64,000 bases of DNA, taken from positions 44,668,496 to 44,732,495 of the forward strand of contig NC_083431.1 of NCBI RefSeq assembly GCF_020745735.1. Reading direction: 5' to 3'. The notes beneath the pieces are model-generated. The model was given only the letters and a program-made list of their open reading frames with translations. It was not told the origin of the DNA and searched no databases. This document shows, piece by piece, positions 14,574 to 26,785 of the stretch (position 1 is its first letter; every line of letters starts with the position of its first letter). The DNA comes from Hemiscyllium ocellatum (taxonomy: Eukaryota). Position numbers and translations under genes: made by a program.

Positions 14574-14916
14574 CTGTGTCCTGTCGGAACTGGGTGAGTG
14601 TGGGGATATCGATGATGTAGGGGGCCAGCCTCGGCTCGGCCTGGCCCAGGGAGATGCTGTTGATTCCTTTCGCCGCAGCCGCTCCTTGTAAATGCTGGAG
14701 GCTGCGCTCGATGTGCTCGCTCACACGGCTGCTGTAGGGCCTCCAGCGGCCCGCCTCGTCTTCCCACTCCCACACGGCGACCAGCGGAGCCAGGCCGGCT
14801 CCAGAGCCCGACACAGGGAAGGGGCTGACGGAGAAAGCCGAGCCACTGGCGCCGAGGCCGCCGCCGCCTCCTCCAGCAGCAGCTGCCCCTCCGTTTCCGA
14901 AACCCGGAGTTGCCAT
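14574..14916 (-). CDS. DTX2: Deltex E3 ubiquitin ligase 2, first coding exon (first WWE domain); gene continues beyond base 1
   Basis: MATPG...VAVWEWEDEAGRWRPYSSRVSEHIE...[29 protein letters not shown] matches the DTX2 N-terminal WWE repeat. ATG in strong context (GAGGATGG) at 14916; phase-1 donor CAG|GTAAG at 14574/14573. No further DTX2 exon recognised in 1-14573. Confidence 0.93.
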
Positions 14917-15260
14917 CCTCGTCCTCCCCGAAGTCAATGTCCGTGTGGGTCCGAGAGTTTAGTATCGGCTGCGAGAACTTTCCGATCCAAAACTCCGCCC
15001 TCCCACTGTTTTCCTCGTCTCCAGGGTGTCAACGACCGCACTGCCTTCTGGGAACTGCAGTCCTTTCCGGTCACAATCACCGGAAGTCTAGCTGCTGTTT
15101 CGCCCGCTGTGAACTCCAAATCCCATGAGACCGCGCTGCAGTTAGCACCCTCTCTTGACGACTGGTGTCAGGTGCGAGCCAAGAAACGAAACTTGGTCAT
15201 AAACTTTATCGAAATAATTGTGCAAATCTAACAGCGGAGACTTAATTGCACAGGCCACGT
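14600..15260. promoter_or_regulatory. DTX2 CpG-island promoter with two ZNF143/THAP11-type sites and ETS/GABP sites
   Basis: CpG-rich. GGACTGCAGTTCCCAGAAGGCAG (minus, 15041-15063) and GAACTCCAAATCCCATGAGACCGCG (plus, 15111-15135) fit the ACTACAnnTCCCA motif. CCGGAAGT at 15080-15087 and ACCGGAAA (minus) at 15064-15071. Confidence 0.7.
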
Positions 15261-15325
15261 TAAGCGAACTCTGCAGTTATAAAGGTTTCACCAGTAACCA
15301 CATACAAAAACAAAATGCATAATCA

Positions 15326-15464
15326 GTTATAAAACAGTGCTGGAGAAATTTGAGAGTCTGGCAGCAACTCCAAGAGTCATACAAAACTCGAAACATTAAC
15401 TCTCCAGCACTATTTTTTTATTTCGAAATCTCCAGAATCCGCAGTATTTTGATTTTTATTCGAG
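15326..15464. mobile_element. Fold-back PLE pseudo-LTR mini-element (family C)
   Basis: AAAACAGTGCTGGAGA / TCTCCAGCACTATTTT inverted arms around GAGT..ACTCGAAACATT; perfect TSD TGCATAATCA (15316-15325, 15465-15474). Confidence 0.65.
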
Positions 15465-16019
15465 TGCATAATCAACTTGGCACGTTTAGGACTGACGAAG
15501 CGAGCCGCTGTTCCCATTTGTCTACTTTATTTCATGCTCTTGTCAATGTTGGTTTCACAGATGCACTCTCAGTTCGGGGTCATGCTATAGCACAATCGAA
15601 TAATTGTGCAAGGCTGATGGGAAAATTCGTGTCCGGAAGATTATTTTTAATGCAAATTATCACTTGGAATGAATGCTGCGTTCAAGAATACAGCACAGAC
15701 TGGTACAAGGGTTAGCAGGAGGATCCTGGTAAATCCAATCAATAGGTGCAAATACATTTCTCTTCAAAACTATTATGACAGTGAAAAGGATTAGGCGAGT
15801 TAGAAATCTGTAGGGGTAGAAATTTTTTAATCTGAGATGAAATCACTACAGCACTATTCTGGCACAAAGAGACAGCTGGGATTTAAAAAAAAGGTAAACC
15901 TATCTTGGAAATGTGCCAGTGTTTCATCTAACTGTTGCAGATTTGTAACCACCACCTTATTTTTCTGAAGTGGTACAATGTTCACTTAAGCAGCTATATT
16001 ATTTACACAATTATTCCAG

Positions 16020-18290
16020 CTAGGAGAAAGTGGGGACTGCACATGCTGGAGATCAGAGTCGAGAGTGTGGTGCTGGAAAAGCACAGCAGGTCTGGCAGCA
16101 CCTAAGGAGCAGGAGAATGATATTTCGGGCATAAGCCCTTCATCAGGAATGAGGTTTATGGGTCGGGGCTGAGAGATAAATGGAAGGGGGTGGAGTTGGG
16201 GGGAGGTAGCTGGGAAGGCAATAGGTGGATGAGGGTCTGGAGGGCAGTGCTGGGTTGGAGGCTTGGGGCTGGGATAATGTGGGGGGAGGGGAAATGAGGA
16301 AGCTGTTGAAATCCCAGTGTGATTGCAGGGTCCCAAGGTGGAATATGAGGCATTCCTCCACCAGGCATCGGATGGTAATGGTTTGGCGGTGGAGGAGGCC
16401 CAGGACCTGCATGTCCTTGACAGAGTGGGAGGAGGAATTGAAGTATTCATCCACAGGGTGGTGGGGTTGGTGGGTGCAGGTGCCCCAGAGATGTTCTCTG
16501 AAATGATCTGCAACAAGGTGTCCTGTCTCCCGATTTAGAGGAGACTACACTGGGTGCAATAGAAGCAATAGATTACATTGGGAGAGGTGGAGGTGACTTT
16601 CTGATGGATGCGGAAGGATCCCTTAGGGCCTTGGATGGAGGTGAGGGGAGTGGTGTGGGTGCATTTTGCACTTCCTGTGGTGGCAGGGAAAGGTGCCAGA
16701 TGTGGGCTGGTGGGGTGTGTGGACCTGACAAGGGAGTCGCAGAGGGAATGGTCTTTTTCGGAAGGCTGATAGGTGTGGGGAGGGAAATATATCTCTGGTG
16801 GGATCCGTTTGAAGGTGGTGGAGGATGATGCATTGTATGTGGAGTTTGATGGGGTGGAAGGTGAGGACCAAGGGGTTCTGACCTTGTTGCGTTGGGAGGG
16901 GTGGGGGTTCAGGAGGGGTGGGGGTTCAAGGGCGGTGGTGTGTGAAGTGGAGGAGATGCGCTGGAGGACATCATCAATCACATGGGAAAGGAAGTTGCGA
17001 TCATGGGAGAAGGAGGCCATCTGGGATTTTCTGTGGTAGCAATCCTCAGAACTAGTCATCCTGGGAACAGATGCAGTGGAGGTGGAGGAATTGGGAATAA
17101 GGGATGGTGATTTTTCAGGAGGTAGGGTGGGAGGAGGTGTAGTCTAGGTAGCTGTAGGAGTCAGTGGGCTTGTAATAGATGTCTATGGTAAGATGGTCAC
17201 CAGAGACTGTGGTGGAAAGGTCCAGGAAGGGGAGGGAGGTTGCCGAGATGGTCCAGGTGAATTTGAGGTTGGGGTGGAATGTGTTGGTAAAGTTGAACTG
17301 TTCAACCTCCTCATGGGAGCAGAAGGCGGTGCTGATACAGTCATTAATATAGTGGAGGAACAGGTGGGGGGATGGTGCTGGTGTAACTGCAGAAGATGGA
17401 CTGTTCCACATATCCGACAAACAGGCAGGCACAGCTGGGTGCCATGTGGGTGCCCATGACTACCCCTTTGGTTTGGAGGAAGGTGAAGGATTGGAAGGGA
17501 AAGTTGAGGGTGAGGATCAGTTCAGTCTGGCAGATGAGGGTGTTGGTGGAAGGGTACTGGTTGGGACTGCGTTAGAGAAAGAAATGGAGGACTTGGAGAC
17601 CTTCGTCATGATGGATTGATGTGTACAGGGATTGGATGTCCATGGTGAAGATGAGGTGTTGGGGGCCAGGGAAACTAATCTTGAAGGAGGTGAAGGGCAT
17701 GGGTGGTGTAACAAATGTAGATGGGCAGTTTCTGGACTAAGGGGGACAGGACAGTGTCGAAGTAGGAGGAGATGAATTTAGTGGGACCGGCACAGGCTGA
17801 GACAATGGGCCGACCGGGGCAGTCAGGTTTGTGAATCTTAGGAAGAAGATGGAATCAGGCAGTGCAGGGCTCATGGACGATGAGGTTGGAGGCTGTGGAT
17901 CCGAGATCCCTAGAGGTGATGAGGTTGTGGATGATCTGGGAGATGATGTTTTGGTGATGGGAGGTGAGTCGTGATCAAGAGGGCAGTAGGAGGAGGTGTC
18001 TGCAAGTTAGTGTCTGGCTTCAGTGGTGTCGGGGTCTGTGAGCCACACTACTACTGCACACCCCCCCCCCCACTTTTCTGTGGGTTTGATGGTGAGATTG
18101 GGATTGGAGCAGACAGACTGGTGGGCTGAGCATTGAGGGTGAGAGGTTGGAGTGGGTGAGGTGGTTGGACAGGTTGAGGCGGTCGATGTCATGGCGGCAG
18201 TTTGAAATAAAGAGGTCAAGGACGGGTAGCAGGCCAGCACTGGGTGTCCAAGTGGAAGGGGTGTGTTGGAGGTGGGAAAAGCGTCCTCGG
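16020..18290 (-). mobile_element. Penelope-like element, same family, opposite orientation
   Basis: FLHYINDCIST...FHPNLKFTWTIS...LPFLDL...DIYYKPTDS; GTFPCHHRKCK; VIYCFYCTQCSLL; 3' pseudo-LTR containing CTGATGAAGGGCTTATGCCCGAAA. Confidence 0.88.
16115..16150 (-). ncRNA. Minimal hammerhead motif (family A) in PLE pseudo-LTR
   Basis: AUUC-CUGAUGA-A-GGGC(UUAU)GCCC-GAA-AUAU-C; the 3' strand of stem I appears disrupted by a deletion. Confidence 0.6.
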
Positions 18291-19342
18291 TGTGTGGGTG
18301 TGTGTCTCGGTTTAAAAAGTAGGCATGGAGGCGGCAGAAGATTGCAGCATATGCTGGAATAATTGATTAATGAGTTTGACACATATTTCAAAATCTTACA
18401 CTAGTTCCCAAGTTGTCTTTTAAAAAATACCTATGTCTCTGCTCCTCCTGATCAGTTTGGTACCATACTTCAGAACTAATGTGGTCTTGCAGGTGGATAA
18501 TATAAGATTTGCATTTGTAAACTTTTCATGACCACAGCATTCCAAATGCTTTACAGCTAATGAGGTATTTTTAAAAGCACAGTCATTTTAATAATGTAGG
18601 AAATGAACAGCCATTTCTACACACTAGGTTCCCACAAACAGAAGTGTCATAATGATGATCTCTATTGTTAAAGATGTTGAAAGGAAAAAAAAAGTCAAAA
18701 CACAGAACATTCCTGCTCTTTGTATGGTACAATGGGAACTTTTACTTGTGGTGATAGGGCCTCAATTTAAAGTCTGACTGGGGGGGACAAAAAGCCTTCC
18801 AGTACTATTCTTGATGTGTCAGTTTAGATTACATCGTCTAGAGTGGACTTTAGACCCACAACTTCTGAGTTAATGAGGAAATCGTTAGTTTGAGTCAAAG
18901 CAAATTTAACCTTAAATCGTTTTAGCCCGTACAGGCAGATTGAGATTCCACAGCATGTACATGTGCATAAGGAAGTTTTAATATTGTCTGCAACATCTAC
19001 TTCTCAAATAGCAGCACCACCTCAAAAAGATTGAATTTTTATTCATCTCATTGTACAATTTGAGATCTTGCTATGTGCATTTTAGTGTCATATTTACCTA
19101 CAAAAGTGTGAGGGTCTTGTATTGCAGAGGTAGTGTTACTACCTGTGCATCAGATGGTTTGGGTTCAAATTCTACCTGCCCTGAAGATGTATCACAGCAT
19201 AATTTGGCTATAAAGTAGTTTGACATGTCATGTGGAATTTAATAACTGTACAGGTGTACTTCTCTTATTAGTATAATTATTTTTTAAAAACCAGAGTGTA
19301 AAAATACTGTTACAGTGAAGGGAACATGCCTAAGCAAGGAAA

Positions 19343-19718
19343 TGATGGCCTGGTGTAATTATGCTAGACTATTATTCCAGAAACTCAGGTAATGTTCTGG
19401 GGACCTGGGTTCAAATCCCACCACAGCAGATGGAAGAATGTGAATCCAATTAAAAAAAACTGGAATTCAGGATCTACTGATGACCACAAAGCCATTACCA
19501 ATTGTTGGAAAAACGCACCTGGCTCACCAATGACCTCTAAGGAAAGAAATCTGCCATCGTCACCTGGTCTGGACTACACGTGACTCCAGACCCACAACAA
19601 TGTGGTTGACTCTTAACTGCCCTCTAAAATGCCGAGCGAGCCACTCAGTCAAGGGCAGTGAGGAAAGGCCAATACATAACTGGCCAGCCAGTGATATCAG
19701 TGTCCCACAAGTGGATAA
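19343..19718 (+). mobile_element. Second tRNA-head SINE family (copies also at ~6627-6947 +, ~1476-1822 -, ~13718-14082 -, ~41505-41660 -)
   Basis: GGTTCAAATCC B box; shared core GTGACTCCAGACCCACA..AATGTGGTTGACTCTTAACTGCCC; tail shared with old LINE fragments at ~2190-3360, ~6120-6620, ~7400-7750 and ~9100-9535. Confidence 0.7.
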
Positions 19719-20300
19719 AAATTCTAGAATGACCTTTTCCATTCTCCCCCACCCCCATAACATTCTGATTTGAGTTTCATGTTGAGATGATTTATGTAAT
19801 AGAAAGCAAATAAACCTTTCCACTCTAAATGTTTCAGTATCTATCTTACTATACTCCAGTAGTTTTGCTGTGGTGGCCAGGAAATGGCTGCAAGAGTGCT
19901 GAACTGGGAAGTAATGGCTTTGGCAATGATCTGGCAGAGACACTGCTGAGCTACTTGATGAGATCAAAGAAATGTACAGTAGTAAAGTTAGGTGAAGGGG
20001 AAAGACTGAGAACCACTTCAAAAATAATGCAGAAAGAATACCTGGAAATTAATTACTTGACTTGCGCTTTTCCAGCAACACATTTTCAGCTCTGATCTCC
20101 AGCATCTGCAGTCCTCACTTTCCCCTTAAAGTTAAATTAATAGATCTTCAAGATATAACGGGAAAGGGAGCAAGTCAGGGCAGGCAGGAACCGAGGACCA
20201 GGTAGGACTGATAAATTAATCAGCATTTACTTCAATGCAAGAGGCCAAACAGGGAGCACAGATGAATTCAGGTTTGGAACATGGGACGAGGATATCATAG

Positions 20301-22854
20301 TAGACAATAGGTGCAGGAGTAGGCCATTCTGCCCTTCGAGCCTGCACCACCATTCAATATGATCATGGCTGATCATTCGTAATCAGTATCCTGTTCCTGC
20401 CTTATTTCCATAACCCTTGATTCCACTATCCTTGAGAGCTCTATCCAACTCTTAAATGAATCCAGAGACTGGGCCTTCACTGCCCTCTGGGGCAAAGCAT
20501 TCCATACAGCCACCACTCTCTGGGTAAAGATGTTCCTCCTCAATCTCTGTCCTAAATGGTCTACCCCGTATTTTTAAGCTGTGTCCTCTGGTTCGGCACT
20601 CACCCATCAGCGGAAACCTGATTCCTGCCACCAGAGTGTCCAATCCTTTAATAATCCTATATGTCTCAATCAGATCCCCTCTCAGTCTTCTAAACTCAAG
20701 GGTTTACAAGCTGAGTCGCTCCAGTCTTTCAGCGTAAGGTAGTCCCGCCATTCCAGGAATTGACCTCGTGAACATATGCTGCACTCCCTCAATAGCCAGA
20801 ATGTCTTTCCTCAAATTTGGAGACCAGAACTGCACACAATATTCCAGGTGTGGTCTCACCAGGGCTCTGTACAGCTACTGAAGAATCTCTTTGAGTCTAT
20901 ACTCAATCCCTCTTGTTATGAAGGCCAGCATGCTATTAGCCTTCTTCACTACCTGCTGTACCTGCATGCTTACCTTCATTGACTGGTGTACAAGAACACC
21001 CAGATCTCTTTGTACTGCCCCTTTACCTAAAATTGATTCCATTTAGATAGTAATCTGCCTTCCTGTTCTTGCCACCAAAGTGGATAACCATACATTTATC
21101 CACATTAAACTGCATCTGCCATGCATCTGACCACTCACCTAACCTGTTCAAGTCACCCTATAATCTCCTAACATCCTCCTCACATTTCACTCTGCCACCC
21201 AGCTTAGTATCATCAGCAAATTTGCTAATGTTATTGCTAATACCATCTTCTATATCATTAACATATATTGTAAAAAGCTGTGGTCCCAGCACTGATCCCT
21301 GCAGTACCCCACTGGTCACTGCCTGCCATTCCGAAATGGAGCTGTTTATCACTACTCTTTGTTTCCTGTCAGCCAACCAATATTCAATCCATGTTAGTAA
21401 TTTGCCCCCAATACCATGCACCCCAATTTTGCTCACTAACCTCCTATGTGGGACTTTATCGAAAGCTTTCTGAAAGTCCAGGTACACTACATCTACTGGA
21501 TCTCCCTCCTCCCTCTTCAGAGTTACACCCTCAAAAAATTCCAGAAGATTAGTCAAGCATGATTTCCCCTCCATAAATCCATGCTGACTCTGACCTATCC
21601 TGTTACTACTATCCAGATGTGTCGTAATTTCATCCTTTACAGTAGACTCCAGCATCTTTCCCACCACTGAGGTCAGACTAACTGGTCTATAATTTCCTGC
21701 TTTCTCTCTCCCACCTTTCTTAAAAGGTGGTACAACATTAGCCACCCTCCAAACCGCAGGAACTGATCCTGAATCTATCAAACTCTGGAAAATAATCACC
21801 AACGCATCCACGATTTCTCGAGCCACCTTCTTCAGTACCCTGGGATGTAGACCATCAGGCCCCAGGGACTTGTCAACCTTCAGACCTAACAGTCTTTCCA
21901 ACACCAATTCCTGGCAAATATAAATTCCCTTCAGTTCAGGTCCTACAGTCACTGTTACCTCAGGGAGATTGCTTGTGTCTTCCCCAGTGAACACAGATCT
22001 GAAGTCCCAATTCAATTCTTCTGCCATTTCTTTGTTCCCTGTAATATATTCCCCTGTTTCTGTCTTCAAGGGCCCAATTTTAGTCTTAACCATTGTTTTG
22101 TCTTTCGCATACCTAAAAAAGCCTTTTCTATCCTCCTTTAGATTATTGGCCGGTTTACCTTCGTACCTCTTTTTTTTCTCTCTGCATATTTCCTTCTTAG
22201 TAATCCTCTGTTGTTCTTTAAAAGCTTCACAGTCCTCCGTTTTCCCACTTATCTTTGCTATGTTATACTTTTTCTCTTTTAACTTTAACTTTATATGTTT
22301 CTTAACTTCCCTCATCAGCCACGGCCACCATGCCTCCTCCTAGGATCTTTCTTCCTTTTTGGAATGAACTGATCCTGCATCTTCTACATTATACACAGAA
22401 ATATCTGCCATTGTTCCTCCACTGTCATTCCTGCTAAGGTATTGCACCATTGAACTTTGGCCAGGTCCTCCCTCGTAGCTCCATAGTTCCCTTAATTCAA
22501 CAGAAATATTGACACTTCTGATTATACCCTCTCCCTCTCAAATTGCAGATTGAAGCTTATTGTATTATGGTCACTACTTCTCAATGGCTCCTTCACTTCA
22601 AGGTCCCTGGCCAATTCTGGTTCGTTGCACAATACCAGATCCAGAATTGCCTTCTCCCTGGTAGGCTCCAGCACCAACTGTTCTGAAAATCCACCTCGGA
22701 GGCACTCCACAAAGTCTCTTTCTTGAGGTCCAATACTATCCTGATTCTCCCAGTCTACCTGCATGTTGAAATCCCCCATAACAACTGTAGTAACATCTTT
22801 GCGACAGGCTAATTTCAGCTCCTGATTCAACTTACATTCGACATCCAGACTAAT
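20301..22854 (-). mobile_element. CR1 LINE, 5'-truncated, fairly intact
   Basis: ORF 22522-22875 (endonuclease VVMGDFN...ILDLVL...SDHN) and ORF 21158-22315 (RT GPDGLHPRVLK, YLDFQKAFDKVPH, KFADDTK). Confidence 0.92.
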
Positions 22855-22888
22855 GTAATTATAAAAACATAGCACAGGGATGGACAGG

Positions 22889-23317
22889 TTGCCAGGGTTG
22901 GGGGATTTGAGCTATAGGGAGAGGCTGAACAGGCTGGGGCTGTTTTCCCTGGACCATCGGAGGCTGAGGGGTGACCTTATAGAGGTTTACAAAATAATGA
23001 GAGGCATGGATCGGATAAATCTTTTCCCTGGGGTCGGGGAGTCCAGAACTAGAGGGCATAGGTTTAGGGTGAGAGGGGAAAGATATAAAAGAGACCTAAG
23101 GGGCAACTTATTCATGCAGAAGGTGGTACATGTATGGAATGAGCTGCCAGAGGAAGTGGTGGATGGCAGTACAATTGCAACATTTAAAAGGCATTTGTCT
23201 GGGCATGTGAATAGGAAGGGTTTGGAGGAATATGGGCTGAGTGCTGGCAGGTTGGGTAGGGATATTTGGTCGGCATAGACGGGTTGGACTGAAGGGTCTG
23301 TTTCTGTGCTGTACATC
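22889..23317 (+). mobile_element. CR1 3' fragment nested in the older CR1
   Basis: LSYRERLNRLGLFSL...RLRGDLIEVYKIM...WNELP followed by a 3' UTR. Confidence 0.85.
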
Positions 23318-26235
23318 TGACTGGCAGCTTAATGTTCTAGAATACAAATCCTATAGGAAGGATAGAAAAGGGGGCAAGAGAGGAGGGGGAGTGGCCTTTT
23401 TGATAAGGGATACTACTGTACTTAGGGATGATATTCTTGGAAATACATCCAAACAAGTTATTTGGGTGGAACTGAGAAATAAGAAAGGGATGATCACCTT
23501 ACTGAGATTGTATTGCAGACCCCCTAATATTCAGTGGGAAATTGAGAAACAAACTTGTAAGGAAATTTTGACTATCTGTAAGATATAGTAGGGGACTTTA
23601 ACTTTCCAAACATAGACTGAAACTACCATAGTGTTAAGTATGTACAAGAAAATGTTCTGATTCAGTATGTACCTACGAGAGAAGGTGCAAAACTTGACCT
23701 TCTTCTCTTGAGAAATAAGGCAGGGCAGGTGACTGAGGTGTTAGTGAAGGAGCACTTTGGGGCCAGCAACCATAACTCTATTCATTTTAAAATAGTGATG
23801 GAAAAGGATAGACCAGATCTAAAAGTTGAAGTTCTAAATTGGAGAAAGGCTAATTTTGATGGTATTAGGCAAGAACTTTCAAAAGCTGAATGGGGGCAGA
23901 TGTTCGCAGGTAAAGTGACGGCTGGAAAATGGGAAGTCTTCAGAAATGAGATAACGAGAGTCCAGCGAAAGTACATTCCTGTTAGGGTGAAAGGAAAGGC
24001 TGGTAGGTATAGGGAATGCTGGATGACTAAAGAAATTGAGGTTTTGGTTAAGAAAAGAATGAAACATATGTCTGGTATAGACAGCAGAGATTGACTGAAT
24101 GCTTAGTTATGAAGTAGGAGTATACTTAAGAGAAATCAGGAGGGCAGAAAGAGGACATGAGAGAATTTTGGAAAATAGGATTAAGAAGAATCCAAAGGGA
24201 TTTTATAAATACATTAAGGACAGAAGGGTAACTAGAGAGAGAAAATAAGACCCCTCAAAGATCTGCAAGGCAGAAAATGTGTGGATCTGCAGGTGATGGG
24301 GGAGATATTAAACGAGTATTTTTGCACCAGTGTTTCATGTGAAGAAGGACATGGAAGATATGGAATGTGGGGAAATAGATGGTGACATCTTGAAAAATGT
24401 CCATACTACCAAGGAGAAGGTGCTAGATGTCTTGAAACACATAAAGGTGGATAAATCCCCAGGATCTGATCAGGTGTACCCTAGAACTCTGTGGGGAAAC
24501 TGGGCAAGTGATTGCTGAAGCCCTTTTGTATCATTGATAATCACAGGTGAGGTGCTGGAAGACTGGAGGTTGGCTAACGTGGTGCCACTATTTCAGAAAG
24601 GTGGTAAGGACAAGCCAGGGAACTATAGACCAATGAACCTGATACTGGTGCTCGGCAAGTTGTTTGTGTAAATCCTGTCCCTCAGGATTTTCTCCTATTT
24701 GGAAAGGCAAGAACTGATTAGGGATAGTCAGCATGGCTTTGTGCGTGGAAAAATCATGTATCTCAAACTTGATTGAAGAAATAACAAAGAGGATTGAGTG
24801 CAGAGTGGTAGACTTGATCGATATGGACTTCAGTAAGGCATTTGACAAGGTTCCTCGTGGGAGACTAGTTAGATCTCATGGAATTCATGGAGATCTAGCC
24901 ATTTGGATACAGAACTGACCAAAGGTAGAAGTCAGGGCGGTGGTGGTGGGTTACTTTTCAGACTGGAAGCCTGTGACTCGTGGTGTGCCACTAGGATCAG
25001 TGCTGAATCCACTATTTTTCGTCACTTTATATAAATGATTTGGATGTGAATATATAAGGTATGGTTAGTAAGTTTGCAGATGACACCAAAAACGGAGGTG
25101 TAGTGAACAGCGAAGAAGATTACCTCCAAGTACAAAGGGATCTTGATCAGATGAGCAAATGGGCTGAGGAGTGGCAGATAGAATTTATTTTAGATAAATG
25201 CGAGCTGGTGCATTTTGTAATACCAAATCTTAGCAGGACTTACACACTCCTGGGGAGTGCTGCAGGTTCATAGTTCCTTGAAAGTGGAGTCGCAGATAGA
25301 TAGGATAGTGAAGAAGGCATTTGGTATGCTTTCCTTTCATTGGTCAGGGCATTGAGTATAAGAGTGGGGAGGTCATGTTGCAGCTGTACAGGACATTGGT
25401 TAGGCCACATTTGGAATATTGTGTGCGGTTTTGGTCTCCCTCCTATTGGAAAGGTATTGTGAAACTTGAAAGGGTTCAGAAAAGATTTGCAAGGATGTTA
25501 CCAGGATTGGAGGATTTGAGCTATAGGGAAGGGCTGAATATGCTGGGGTTGTTTTCCCTGGAGCGTCAGAGGCTGAGGGGTGACCTTCCAGAGGTTTATA
25601 AAAATGAGGGACATGGATAGGATAAATAAACAAGGTATTTTCTCTGGGATGAGGGAGTCCAGAACGAGAGGGCATAGGTTTAGGGTGAGAGGGGAAAGAT
25701 ATAATAGGGACCTAAAGGGCAGCTTTTCACACAATGGGTGGTGTGTGTATGGAATGAGCTGACAGAGGAAGTGGTGGAGACTGGTACAATTACTACATTT
25801 TAAAAGCAGCTGGATGGGTCAATGAATAGGAAGGGTTTAGAGGGATATAGGCCAAATACTGGCAAATGGGACTAGATTAGTTTAGGATATCTGGTCAGTA
25901 TAGACTAGTTGGACTGAAGGATCTGTTTCCACACTGTACATCTCTATGACTCTTTGGCTCTAAATAAAAATCACCAGAGACACCTGCAGGTGATAGCTCA
26001 CAACTACAAGCAGATACAGCTTTATTTTGTACTTGCTACCTGATGGGAATGTCATGTAACATTTTGGGGGTCACTCATAAGAGTGCCTGTATAAGTCTTA
26101 ATGTTGCTCATCGGTGTGTTGAATCTCTTGGGTGGGGGGGGGGGGGGAACCTCTGGTGCTGACTAAGAACAGGGATGAGATGTCACATCAGAAGGCTGAA
26201 GGACTAATTCCCCACTATCTAAGAACCCCTGGTTA

Positions 26236-26785
26236 GAATAGAATCCCCACAGTGTTGAAACAGACCATTTGGCCCAACAGGTCCACATCAACTCTCTGAA
26301 GAGCATCCCACCCAGACTCATCCCCTTACCCTATCCCTGCAACCCCTATGGCTAATCCACCTAACTTATATATTCCCGGACACTATGGGCAATATAGCAT
26401 GGCCAATCCACCTAACCTAGGAGAAAGTGATCTCCAGCATCTGCAGACCTCAGAGTCGAAAAGTGCGGCGTTGGAAAAGCACAGCAAGTCTGGCAACATT
26501 TCAGGCATAAGCCCTTCATCAGGAGTCAGGAATTTCTGATGAAGGGCTCATGCCTGAAATGTCAGCTCTCTTGCTCCCCAGCCCTTTCCAATTGCACACT
26601 TTTTGCCTCTAATCCACCTAAGCTGCACATTTTTGGACAGTGGGAAGAAACAGGAGCACTGAGGAAACCCATACAGACATGTGGAAAATGTGCAAACTCC
26701 ACACAGACAGTTGTCCAAGGCTGGAGTTGAACCCAGGTTCATGGCACTGTGAGGTAGCAGTGCTAACCACTGAACCACTATGCTG
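26236..26785 (-). mobile_element. HE1-type V-SINE interrupted by a fold-back PLE element
   Basis: Head 26611-26785, tail 26236-26418. Confidence 0.82.
26419..26610. mobile_element. Fold-back PLE mini-element (family A) with two divergent hammerhead cores, inserted in an HE1 SINE
   Basis: Minus core 26495-26522, plus core 26536-26563; TSD AATCCACCTAA(C/G)CT at 26405-26418 and 26611-26624. Confidence 0.75.

Larger units (their letters stand above)
20130..25962 (+). mobile_element. CR1 LINE (decayed ORF2) hosting two nested CR1 insertions
   Basis: Endonuclease start IYFNAR...DII at ~20225-20300 resumes at 22856-22888 and again at ~23319 (DWQLNV..YRKDRKGGKRGGGVAFL); RT DFSKAFDKVP and SKFADDTK; CTCTATGA-type tail at ~25941-25962. 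Confidence 0.85.

Noticed and set aside
14692-15231. 179-aa plus-strand ORF antisense to DTX2
   Set aside because: Stop-poor GC-rich CpG island with no recognisable domain.
25945-25965. TTTGGCT as the 28S 3' junction (TAGCCAAA) of the R2 relic
   Set aside because: Better explained as a mutated CTCTATGA-repeat CR1 tail; the R2 3' end was not found.
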